Assembly (NCBI GenBank): GCA_905479325.1
Contig: CAJQLW010000010.1
Span: forward strand, 1,333-65,332
From: an uncultured Flavobacteriales bacterium
GTDB taxonomy: Bacteria; Bacteroidota; Bacteroidia; Flavobacteriales_E; Vicingaceae
DNA length: 64,000 nt
Direction: 5' to 3'
Shown: piece after piece, positions 55,279-63,638 of the stretch
Position numbering within the stretch: the first letter of the stretch is position 1
How the letters are laid out: each line of letters starts with the position of its first letter
The notes under the pieces: generated by a model
The model's database searches: none
Seen by the model: only the letters and a program-made list of their open reading frames with translations
What the model was told of the DNA's origin: nothing
Position numbers and translations under genes: made by a program

Positions 55279-55770
55279 TTACTTTACCGGGACATTTTTA
55301 TGCGACCCATCGCAATTGGGCATATTTTTAGAATGTCCACAGGTGCAATCATTAAGACCGTGACCTAGCAGTATTCTGTCTATTTTCTTTACAATTCTAT
55401 TCGTAATGGAAGCAGTTAACTTTGGACCAGAAAAATAGAATAAATACCCTTCTCTTTGACCTTCCGATAATTTTTCAAAAGCAGCTTCAAATTCAGTATT
55501 AATGCTAAATTGATGCTTTAGTTCTCTCGGGTATTCTCCCTCTTCCAACGGCTCTCTTGAAGAATATTTTGCGAAGTTATCGTTCACCGGTTTTCTTGAT
55601 TCAACTCCCGCCGGCGTTGGCTTTTCAACCTTAGGCTCTACCGTTTTAATTGGTTCCTCTTTTCGACTTTCAGTTTTTGGTTGTATTTCTTTTGACGCTC
55701 CAAATTTCACTACCTTCTTTTTCGAGTCTCCTACAATCTTAAAATTCTTCTTGCTACTTTCTTCTTCCAT
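55279..55770 (-). CDS. Fusion protein: disordered basic N-terminus + YdeI/OmpD-associated-like domain + CDGSH iron-sulfur domain
   Basis: The C-terminal CTCGHSKNMPNCDGSH fits C-x-C-x2-S-x3-P-x-C-D-G-S-H exactly. The preceding EGQREGYLFYFSGPKLTASITNRIVKKI resembles YdeI. Confidence 0.7.
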   Translation of the reverse strand: MEEESSKKNFKIVGDSKKKVVKFGASKEIQPKTESRKEEPIKTVEPKVEKPTPAGVESRKPVNDNFAKYSSREPLEEGEYPRELKHQFSINTEFEAAFEKLSEGQREGYLFYFSGPKLTASITNRIVKKIDRILLGHGLNDCTCGHSKNMPNCDGSHKNVPVK

Positions 55771-55852
55771 ATTGCTTACTTTATCTGTGTTTTACACCTT
55801 GTAAAAATATCCTTTTACAACCAAATAAATCAAAGAGAAGCAGCTTATTCAG

Positions 55853-56638
55853 TTAATTCTTTAGAAGAACGATGTTTTCAGTTTCAATTCTCGAAATCTC
55901 TTCCAACTTGCCATTTTCATAAAGTTCAGGTAGCTGAGCCAAAGGAGTTCCTACTTCAGCTTTGTAATTGATGTAATCTTGAAAATGAATCCCTCCAACG
56001 GTTCTTGGATTATAGGCCGCTCTGAATCGAACACCATCGCCGTTAGTCTGATAGTTGTAAGCCAAATAGTCAATTAACATGGTTTCCGAATTGATCCAAT
56101 AGTAATATTCATCATCGAAATCTGTTCCACCTCCTTCTTGGTCGAAGCTTACTTTTACCACCTCATAATTTTTAGCTTTTATGGTGGTGCTTCCTTGGTA
56201 AAATTCATTCACCGATTCATCGCCTAGCTTATGGGGCAAAGTGGCAAAATAAATCACTGAATTTAAATTGTCTGAATAGCTTAACCTCTGTTTTTCATTC
56301 AAGTCGATGGGCTGGTTATTGATCCAAACGTTTACAGAATTGCTATTCACTAAAGTTCGAACAGAGTCCTCTTGTTTATTTAGACCATTAAATTCATATT
56401 CAAACTCTTGATAATTAATTTTAAACCGATACGTATTTCCCCTAAAGGTAAAACTGAAATGCGCTTGCTTGTATAATTCTCCGCCGTGCGCCTGAATGCT
56501 GGCAGCTATAATTTCCTCGGCTTTTGTGGGTGCTTCCACTTTTGTTTCTTCGGCTGGTTCCTCTTTTTTACCAGAAGTCGAGCAAGAAAAAAAAACTAAA
56601 ACTGCGGTGAATGCGATTATTTTAAGTGGTGTATTCAT
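55853..56638 (-). CDS. Hypothetical lipoprotein
   Basis: Lipobox (VFFSC). 261 aa, beta-rich. Confidence 0.5.
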   Translation of the reverse strand: MNTPLKIIAFTAVLVFFSCSTSGKKEEPAEETKVEAPTKAEEIIAASIQAHGGELYKQAHFSFTFRGNTYRFKINYQEFEYEFNGLNKQEDSVRTLVNSNSVNVWINNQPIDLNEKQRLSYSDNLNSVIYFATLPHKLGDESVNEFYQGSTTIKAKNYEVVKVSFDQEGGGTDFDDEYYYWINSETMLIDYLAYNYQTNGDGVRFRAAYNPRTVGGIHFQDYINYKAEVGTPLAQLPELYENGKLEEISRIETENIVLLKN

Positions 56639-56724
56639 GCTTCAAAAGTACTGTGATTATCTCGCAGTATTTGGCACGACTGCGACAAATCTGAACAAAC
56701 TACACCACCCCTACCGAATCAAGG

Positions 56725-56970
56725 TCAAACTAGCCTTCTTCTGCTTTTCCTGTCCGCTGTTAAAACGCGTTCAGCAATTTCATCTATTTTCACGAAGAGA
56801 TCATTGTATAGTTCTTCAAACTTCACGTGTAACTCAAAGAATTCTTTCCCTTGAATGTTCCAGTGGTATCCTCTTGTATTTTGGTAGAAAACAGAGTAAT
56901 TCGCTAGTAAATCGTTTAATAAATCTGCTAATTCTTGACTCTTCTCTTTGTTTAATCCTATTCTGTTCAT
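56725..56970 (-). pseudogene. dps: Dps (DNA-protection-during-starvation ferritin-like) gene, 5' fragment only
   Basis: The first ~72 aa (…VFYQNTRGYHWNIQGKEFFELHVKFEELYNDLFVKIDEIAERVLT) are typical Dps helices A-B. No frame of the next 117 nt encodes the rest of the protein. Confidence 0.75.
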
Positions 56971-57188
56971 GGTTATTTTTTTTGGTTATGGTTGTTGTCG
57001 TTCATTCACTGTGAGGCGGTGAGACAATAAATTGATGAATTCTTTTGGCAAGAATTTCGAAACGCAACAACTTATATTTGATTAATTTATCTGTAAGTAG
57101 AACACAGAATACTTGCTTTTGTTCAGAAAAGATGAATCTGCGGAAGTGCGCGTTTAACTTGATTGTCTAACGTATTGATGCAGTTTGC

Positions 57189-57446
57189 TTATTGGTCAAT
57201 TGATCCGAGAACTCTTTTCATAAAGGCGTTACCAGCTTCTTTTTCTGTTTTACCTTCTTTTACCATTTTGGCAACTTCTAGTCCCCCGTATAAATTCGAA
57301 AGTAATTCTCCAATTACATCCAATTCTTCATCTTTCAACGCAGCGCTTTCTGATAAGTGTTCTAACACCTCAATGGCCTCGTTTACGTAATCTTCATCAT
57401 TTTCAGCAATGAAGCTGTTGATGTGCTTAATTAGCGGTAATCTCAT
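57189..57446 (-). CDS. Small helical hypothetical protein co-transcribed with thioredoxin
   Basis: 85-aa ORF overlapping the thioredoxin 3' end by 20 nt. Confidence 0.45.
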   Translation of the reverse strand: MRLPLIKHINSFIAENDEDYVNEAIEVLEHLSESAALKDEELDVIGELLSNLYGGLEVAKMVKEGKTEKEAGNAFMKRVLGSIDQ

Positions 57447-57741
57447 CGATTAATTCCTTAAGGTTATCAGCTTTGTTGGTTTGAATTTGCTTTACTAATT
57501 CACCATTTTTAAATGCTGCAAAGGTTGGTAGGTTGTTTACGTCAGCTAATTTTCTAGACTCCGGAAATTTTTCCGCGTCTACCATTAAAAAAGCTGCATC
57601 TTCGTGTTCTGTAGCAAACTTTTTAAATTTAGGTTTCATCATGCGGCAGTTTCCACACCATCCTGCAGAATACTGAACAATTACAGTTCCGCCTTCATTT
57701 ACTGTTTGCGCTAAATTATCTTCTGTTAGTTCTTTATACAT
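57427..57741 (-). CDS. Thioredoxin-family protein
   Basis: WCGNC active site (CxxC) in a 104-aa thioredoxin fold. Confidence 0.8.
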   Translation of the reverse strand: MYKELTEDNLAQTVNEGGTVIVQYSAGWCGNCRMMKPKFKKFATEHEDAAFLMVDAEKFPESRKLADVNNLPTFAAFKNGELVKQIQTNKADNLKELIDEITAN

Positions 57742-57756
57742 ATTTTTTCAGATTAA

Positions 57757-57811
57757 AGTAAAAAGTTGAAGGATAAAAGACTCTTAAACTCAACATTAGT
57801 CTTTTATCCTT
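57757..57811 (-). terminator. Hairpin/terminator between the peroxiredoxin and thioredoxin genes
   Basis: Perfect 14-bp stem aaggataaaagact / agtcttttatcctt, 15-nt loop. On the minus strand it is followed by caacttttt. Confidence 0.6.
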
Positions 57812-57825
57812 CATCTCAAATTTTC

Positions 57826-58464
57826 TTAATTTTTAGCTAAATATTCAGCAGTGCCTTTTCTGTCCGCTTTCATTGCTTCTTTTCCTTCTTCCCAGTTTGC
57901 TGGACAAACCTCTCCGTGATTTTGAACATGAGAATAAGCATCGATCAAACGAATAAATTCGTTCACGTTTCTTCCTAGTGGCATGTGGTTAATTCCTTCG
58001 TGAAAAACAGTACCTTCTTCGTCAATTAAATACGTTGCTCTGTAAGTAACGCAATCACCTGTAATGATTTCTACATCATACTCATCATTGTAATCAACTG
58101 CAGAAACATCTAAAATATCTAAAATTGAAGCTAAGTTTCTGTTGCTATCAGCTACCAAAGGATAAGAAACTCCTTCAATACCTCCGTTGTCTTTTGCGGT
58201 GTTTAACCAAGCAAAGTGAACTTCAGCTGTATCACAAGAAGCACCAATAACAATGGTATTTCTTTTTTCGAACTCAGGTAAAGCGGCTTGAAATGCGTGT
58301 AATTCTGTTGGACAAACAAAAGTAAAATCTTTTGGATACCAGAATAACAATACTTTCTTGTCGTTTTTTGTTGCCTCTTCGAAAATGTTAATGGTTTTGT
58401 TATCACCCATTTCGTCAATGGCTGTAACGTTTAAATTTGGAAATTTTTTGCCTACAAATGACAT
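57826..58464 (-). CDS. Typical 2-Cys peroxiredoxin (AhpC/Prx1 subfamily)
   Basis: Peroxidatic FTFVCPTE and resolving EVCPANW motifs. Confidence 0.9.
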   Translation of the reverse strand: MSFVGKKFPNLNVTAIDEMGDNKTINIFEEATKNDKKVLLFWYPKDFTFVCPTELHAFQAALPEFEKRNTIVIGASCDTAEVHFAWLNTAKDNGGIEGVSYPLVADSNRNLASILDILDVSAVDYNDEYDVEIITGDCVTYRATYLIDEEGTVFHEGINHMPLGRNVNEFIRLIDAYSHVQNHGEVCPANWEEGKEAMKADRKGTAEYLAKN

Positions 58465-58496
58465 AGTTTTTTAGTTTTTAAGTTTGTATTGAGACA

Positions 58497-58504
58497 CAAA
58501 AGTA
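58497..58504 (-). promoter_or_regulatory. -7 box (TACTTTTG) of the peroxiredoxin promoter
   Basis: Reverse complement of caaaagta, 33 nt upstream of the ATG at 58464. Confidence 0.45.
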
Positions 58505-58526
58505 GGTGCATTATTTAATAGAACCA

Positions 58527-58563
58527 AACGAATAAATCTATATATTTGATAGATATTATCTAT
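58527..58563. promoter_or_regulatory. Candidate OxyR operator in the oxyR/peroxiredoxin divergent region
   Basis: CTAT-N7-ATAG-N7-CTAT at 58538..58563 matches three of the four tetranucleotides of ATAG-N7-CTAT-N7-ATAG-N7-CTAT. It ends 1 nt before the oxyR ATG. Confidence 0.5.
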
Positions 58564-58564
58564 C

Positions 58565-59509
58565 ATGAATTTTCAACAACTAGAATATGTATTAGCCGTG
58601 CACCGTACCAAGCATTTTGGCAAGGCTGCAGAAAGCTGTAACATAACACAAGCTACTCTTAGCGCAATGATTAAGAAACTCGAAGAGGAGTTATCCATTT
58701 TAATTTTTGACCGAAGTAGACACCCCATTCAAACCACAGATGACGGAATGCTACTGCTAAAAAAAGCGGAAGATATTTTAGCCAAGCAACATGAATTGTT
58801 TCATTTGGGTCAAATGGATAGTGGTGAGTTGGTCGGTGAAATTCGATTGGGAATAATTCCTACCATGGCAAACTCACTTTTACCGCTGTTTCTGCCAAGC
58901 TTAATGAAGTTGCACCCAAAGCTAAAACTGATTATTTCTGAAATTACTACCGATGAAATTATTTACCAGTTGGCGCATAACCAAATTGATTTTGGACTGC
59001 TCTCCACTCCCATTGAAAATTTAAGTGAAGCGTACGAAGAGCAAATCTTATACTACGAAGCCATGTTGGTGTATGGAATTTCGGAAACGGACAAAGGTTT
59101 TGTAAGTTCTAAAGACGTTGAAAACAAAAAAGTTTGGTTGTTAGAAGAAGGCCACTGCTTTAGAAGCCAGAGCATGACTTTGTGCAAGATTAGAGAGAAA
59201 AAAGAGCAATCTGAGAATTTACAGTTTAAAAGTAATTCTTTTGAAACACTGCTGAATTTAAGCGATCAGATGGGTGGTTTAACGTTAGTGCCGGAATTGT
59301 ATTACAACAACTTATCAGACCTAAGAAAAGCAAAAACTCAATTTTTTCAAAAGCCGATTCCAGTAAGAGAAATTAGCCTACTTGCAATTAAACCCATCTC
59401 AAAAAAACGGAGCATGGTTAAATTGGCTGCCTTTATTCAAGAAATTGTAAAACCAATTTTAACAACAACAACGTTTAAAAATAGAGATTTGAATATAATT
59501 GGGATATAA
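58565..59509 (+). CDS. oxyR: LysR-family hydrogen-peroxide sensor OxyR
   Basis: LysR HTH. EEGHCFRSQSMTLC corresponds to the redox Cys pair (E. coli LEDGHCLRDQ…C). Divergent from a peroxiredoxin gene. Confidence 0.85.
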   Translation: MNFQQLEYVLAVHRTKHFGKAAESCNITQATLSAMIKKLEEELSILIFDRSRHPIQTTDDGMLLLKKAEDILAKQHELFHLGQMDSGELVGEIRLGIIPTMANSLLPLFLPSLMKLHPKLKLIISEITTDEIIYQLAHNQIDFGLLSTPIENLSEAYEEQILYYEAMLVYGISETDKGFVSSKDVENKKVWLLEEGHCFRSQSMTLCKIREKKEQSENLQFKSNSFETLLNLSDQMGGLTLVPELYYNNLSDLRKAKTQFFQKPIPVREISLLAIKPISKKRSMVKLAAFIQEIVKPILTTTTFKNRDLNIIGI

Positions 59510-59670
59510 TTACCAATGTTTAATCTGATAATTACTAAAAATTAAATATCTACACTCTTTGTGAAATTAGACTTTCGATTTTAACTAACTTTAGTTTCAA
59601 ATTAATGAATGACGTAGTTTCTGAATTTAAATCATTTATAATTAGTCATTAACAAATTAGGAATTACATT

Positions 59671-60477
59671 ATGTGCGGTAGATATGTCATCGTTTCAAAA
59701 GTTGAAGTAGTTGAAAAAAAGTTCAACGCTAAAAGCGAGGCTATTTTTGAACCGAATTACAATGTTTCTGCAGGTGCCAAGGCGCCAATTATCACAAGTG
59801 CAGCCCCTCAAAAAATTCAACTTTCTCACTTTGGCTTTACACCTTCCTTCGCTGCTAAAAAAACCTACATTTTAAATGCTCGTGCAGAAGGCGATCATAA
59901 TTTAGAGAACAGATCAGATTTTACCGGCGCAAAAGGAATTATTAAAAAGCCCTATTTTAGAAGAGCCATTCGTTCTCAACGTTGCCTGGTTCTTGCTGAT
60001 GCTTTTATTGAAGGAACAACTGCCAATAAACTAGATGAGCCGTATTTAGTTTACTTAAAAGATAAAAATCGGCCATTTGCGTTTGCAGGTATTTACGATG
60101 AATGGAAGGATGAACACACGGGCGAACAGCACCACAGTTTTGCAATTATTACTTGTCCACCCAATAAATTGATGACCAAAATTGGCCATCACAGAATGCC
60201 AGTTATTTTACCACCGGATTACTACAACGAGTATTTGAATTTAGATGTTCCTTTGAGCGACGTGACGAGTTTGCTGCAACGTTTTCCGGCCGACCAAATG
60301 AATGCTTATAAAATATCGCCAGCTATTAAGAGTCCTAAAAACAATTCGAAGGAATTTATTGAGCCTGTTTCTGAATGGATTCAACCTGAAAAGGAGTTGA
60401 AAATAACCAACCAAATTGACTTATTTGGAATGGGCGATAGTAACGCCAAACGAAAACGAGAGAACGATATCAACTAA
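59671..60477 (+). CDS. SOS-response-associated peptidase (SRAP/YedK/HMCES family)
   Basis: N-terminal MCGRY with catalytic Cys2 and the conserved H.RMPVIL region. Confidence 0.85.
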   Translation: MCGRYVIVSKVEVVEKKFNAKSEAIFEPNYNVSAGAKAPIITSAAPQKIQLSHFGFTPSFAAKKTYILNARAEGDHNLENRSDFTGAKGIIKKPYFRRAIRSQRCLVLADAFIEGTTANKLDEPYLVYLKDKNRPFAFAGIYDEWKDEHTGEQHHSFAIITCPPNKLMTKIGHHRMPVILPPDYYNEYLNLDVPLSDVTSLLQRFPADQMNAYKISPAIKSPKNNSKEFIEPVSEWIQPEKELKITNQIDLFGMGDSNAKRKRENDIN

Positions 60478-60494
60478 TTAAGGTCGAATAAACT

Positions 60495-60869
60495 ATGAAA
60501 CTACTAGGAAACATTGTTTGGTTTGTTTTTGGCGGCGTTCTAATTGCCATAGAATACTTTATTGCCAGCTTTTTGTTGTGCATTACCATTGTTGGAATTC
60601 CCTTTGGAATACAAACGTTTAAACTTGGTTTATTGGCGCTTTGGCCCTTTAGCAAAACCGTAAGAGAGCGAGATAATTCTAGCGGTTGTTTATCACTTGT
60701 AATGAATGTGCTATGGCTTATTTTTGGAGGCCTGACCATTTGCATTTCGCACTTAATCATGGGAATTTTGTTTTCCATTACAATAATTGGAATTCCCTTT
60801 GGCAAGCAACACTTTAAATTAGCTAGTTTGGCCATACTTCCCTTTGGAAAAGACATTATACCATTATGA
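60495..60869 (+). CDS. YccF-family inner-membrane protein
   Basis: Two repeats of the motif ITI(V/I)GIPFG. 124 aa. Confidence 0.8.
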   Translation: MKLLGNIVWFVFGGVLIAIEYFIASFLLCITIVGIPFGIQTFKLGLLALWPFSKTVRERDNSSGCLSLVMNVLWLIFGGLTICISHLIMGILFSITIIGIPFGKQHFKLASLAILPFGKDIIPL

Positions 60870-61318
60870 AAATAAGAACAGCTTTTATTGAAGATTTAGA
60901 TCAACTTGTTACACTTTTTGAAGAGTACAGAGCCTTTTACCATAAACCGGCACAACCCGAAGTGGCCAGGGAATTTCTTCGGAACCGCATGAATAATGAA
61001 GAATCAGTTATTTACGTTGCAGAATTGAAAAATAAATCACTAGCCGGTTTTGTGCAATTGTATCCTTACTTCTCTTCTACCAACTTAAAACGACTTTGGT
61101 TGCTGAATGATTTATACGTAAATCCGAATTATCGCGGACAAGGAATTTCTGTTCAACTCATTGAAAAAGCACAACAACTAGCCAAAGAAACCAATGCACA
61201 TGCGCTGATGCTGGAAACAGGAAAAGACAATGTAGTCGGGAATCGTTTGTACCCTAAAACGGGTTTTAAATTGTACGACGATGTAAACTTCTACGAATGG
61301 AAATGTGCTGAATCTTAA
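60866..61318 (+). CDS. GNAT-family N-acetyltransferase
   Basis: Acetyl-CoA motif A YRGQGISVQLIEKA. ATGA overlap with the upstream gene. Confidence 0.8.
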   Translation: MKIRTAFIEDLDQLVTLFEEYRAFYHKPAQPEVAREFLRNRMNNEESVIYVAELKNKSLAGFVQLYPYFSSTNLKRLWLLNDLYVNPNYRGQGISVQLIEKAQQLAKETNAHALMLETGKDNVVGNRLYPKTGFKLYDDVNFYEWKCAES

Positions 61319-61373
61319 CTTTCAACAACTAAAAAAATCATTTGAAGTAGAATAACCACCGGAACTAAATCCC

Positions 61374-62780
61374 CTACACCTCTTCCGAAACGTGCTCTGC
61401 TATTCGCTTTAAATTGGGATGCTTTTCCACAAACTCTTCCATCACCTTAAAGAAATTCAAGATGTCCACAGCTTCATTGTTTGCATTTATGGTGACCAAA
61501 CGAACAAACGTTTCTCCTTTAAACGCGCCAAAGCCAACTACTGTGATTTGATTTTCGTACAAGGCAGTACAAAGTTCAGTTGGGTCAATATCTTTGTAAT
61601 TGAAGCAAATAGAAATAGAATCGTCGAAGCTGTACAAGGTATAATCTGAATTACTTCGAATGTATTTCAGCGCAACATTCGCCAAATCAAATTGCTGATC
61701 AACAATTTGTTGTAAGCCATCTGTTCCGACTGATTTCCAAAGTGTCCAAAACTTTAAAGCATCGTTTCTTCTACCACATTGAAAAGAAGTTTTACCCAAG
61801 TTAAAATTATCTCCATCGGTTTGGTACAAATAGTCGGCATCGTTGCTAAACGACTCGTATAAATGTTTCTTATCCTTCACCAAAATAATTGAACAGGTTA
61901 AGGGTGTTCCTAACATTTTGTGTGCATTGTAGCTGAACGAATCTGAACGCTCAACACCACTTACCAAGTGCTTGTATTTATCGCTAAAAATAACACTCCC
62001 ACAGTAGGCGCCATCTACGTGTAGCCAAATTCCGTACTTCTCCGTTATGTCGGCAATTTCATGTATGGGGTCAAAAGCGCCCAATACCGTTGTTCCTGCA
62101 GTAGCATTCACATAGGTTGGCACTAAACCGTCTTTTATATCTTTCTGAATTTGTTCTTCCAATTTTGAAGGTATCATTTTACCTTCAGCATCTGAAGCTA
62201 TGTATCGAATGTTATCTCTGCCAATGCCTGCAAAGCTTGCATTTTTTGCATTTGAATAATGCGATTCAATAGAAGTATACACCACCATGGGCTGTGTCAT
62301 TCCTTTTCGCTGGCTGTTCGGATCTTTCGCATCTCTTGCCATTACCAACGCCATGTAATTACTCATAGAACCGCCAGTAGGAAACGTTCCATTACTTTTT
62401 GAACCGTAGCCAATCAGATTGCACGATTGCCTGATGATTTCTTGCTCAATTCCAACTTGAGGACCGGCAACTTTATACGTATACATGCTGTTGTTCAACA
62501 AAACAGCAAGCAAGTCGCCTAACACTGCTTTGCTCTGCCGCCCACCAAATAACTGGTTAAAAAATAAGTTTGTTGCTGTTTTTGGAGTAGAAACAAGCAC
62601 CTCCTTTAAAACGGATTTAAACTGCTCATCGACCATTCCTGCTGATTGCAGAGAAAGATCGATGGTACTGTACAACTCCTCGGCTTCAATTCGGTCTGCT
62701 ACCGGATGCAGCTCCTCTTCCTTCATTAAAACTTCCACCAACTCGTTAAACAGAGTTAAATCACTACTAATATCTGACAT
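61374..62780 (-). CDS. Group II PLP-dependent amino-acid decarboxylase (cysteine-sulfinate / glutamate decarboxylase-like)
   Basis: PLP-lysine motif SYNAHKMLGTPLTCS, HVDGAYCG, 468 aa. Confidence 0.85.
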   Translation of the reverse strand: MSDISSDLTLFNELVEVLMKEEELHPVADRIEAEELYSTIDLSLQSAGMVDEQFKSVLKEVLVSTPKTATNLFFNQLFGGRQSKAVLGDLLAVLLNNSMYTYKVAGPQVGIEQEIIRQSCNLIGYGSKSNGTFPTGGSMSNYMALVMARDAKDPNSQRKGMTQPMVVYTSIESHYSNAKNASFAGIGRDNIRYIASDAEGKMIPSKLEEQIQKDIKDGLVPTYVNATAGTTVLGAFDPIHEIADITEKYGIWLHVDGAYCGSVIFSDKYKHLVSGVERSDSFSYNAHKMLGTPLTCSIILVKDKKHLYESFSNDADYLYQTDGDNFNLGKTSFQCGRRNDALKFWTLWKSVGTDGLQQIVDQQFDLANVALKYIRSNSDYTLYSFDDSISICFNYKDIDPTELCTALYENQITVVGFGAFKGETFVRLVTINANNEAVDILNFFKVMEEFVEKHPNLKRIAEHVSEEV

Positions 62781-62785
62781 GTATT

Positions 62786-63361
62786 TTAATTGTTTAGGTT
62801 CATCTCCATTTCTGCAATGGTATCATAAACTAATTCTTTACGTATAAATTTCTTGGAGTCCTCATCGAATAAGCGACAGCTCCGAATGGGTTTGGCATAC
62901 AAATGAAGCGACATGCTTCGCCCGTTGTGTGAATTTTCTAAACGATGAAAACCAATAAAGTCTGCCATGTAGGAAACATCTCCGGCTTTTGAAGTTTTCG
63001 AAACTAATTCCTCCAGCTCATTATCTTCGAATGGCTCATAAATGGTTTCCATCAGTTCCCCGTCAATAACTTTTACCCAGCATTCTTCTCCTCCGTGATC
63101 GTGAATGGGCGTAACCTGATTCGGTTCCCAACAGAGTAGAATTAATTCTAGCCGTTCATTGTCAACTAGGCAATTTCTTGTGTAAGATTCTTCTGACCAA
63201 GTGCTAAACGCTTCAAAATCGTTGGCGGAAATAGCAATTGAATTGATGATGTCTGCGTAGTCCGTCCTCTCCTCGTCGGTGAGTTCCGCAATTAAATCTT
63301 CAATGGTTTGTATGGTTGTGGAGTGATTAGCGGTTGGTGTTTTTTGCTCTTTAGAATTCAA
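62786..63361 (-). CDS. Cysteine dioxygenase type I (cupin)
   Basis: YTRN…ILLCW…IHDHGG…IGFHRLEN…SLHLYAKPIRSCRLFD parallels mammalian CDO motifs, including the iron-binding His residues. Confidence 0.8.
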   Translation of the reverse strand: MNSKEQKTPTANHSTTIQTIEDLIAELTDEERTDYADIINSIAISANDFEAFSTWSEESYTRNCLVDNERLELILLCWEPNQVTPIHDHGGEECWVKVIDGELMETIYEPFEDNELEELVSKTSKAGDVSYMADFIGFHRLENSHNGRSMSLHLYAKPIRSCRLFDEDSKKFIRKELVYDTIAEMEMNLNN

Positions 63362-63638
63362 AACGGTTTAGTCTTTTTCTGTTCATTTATGATGTACAGA
63401 TCCAAGGACGTTCCCCAAATCAAGTTGCACGGTATCGATTTACGTCATTGTAAAACCGACAAAATCAAAAGTATTCATTTTTATAGCTTTTTTAACGTTT
63501 TAATTCAATTTTTATTCAGAAATGATACAAAAGTGATATTTTTTGGTCATTTTGTGACAGAAACTTATTTTTCACTGTTTGCCTTTGAGTTTACGTTCAA
63601 AGGCCTCCAGTGCAACCTAAAATTCTAAATAGCTCACA

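Noticed and set aside
56496-57014. 172-aa plus-strand ORF spanning the lipoprotein start, the gap and the dps fragment
   Set aside because: It is antisense to two recognisable genes and crosses an intergenic region. Its product has no motif.
60470-60856. 128-aa minus-strand ORF opposite the YccF gene
   Set aside because: The plus-strand frame encodes the duplicated YccF motif (ITIxGIPFG). The minus-strand frame is its mirror.
63508-63550. Possible third copy of the conserved intergenic element: ttttttggtcatttt is shared with copy B, and tttttattcagaaa is shared with the region upstream of copy A. A related cgagtaaaatacct occurs at 25271..25284.
   Set aside because: The matches are 14-15 nt of low-complexity, T-rich sequence and are not collinear with the full element. 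I mention them under the main finding but do not call them copies.
63308-63628. 106-aa plus-strand ORF in the CDO / symporter intergenic region
   Set aside because: It starts antisense to the CDO 5' end and runs through AT-rich promoter DNA. Its product is Phe/Leu-rich with no features.
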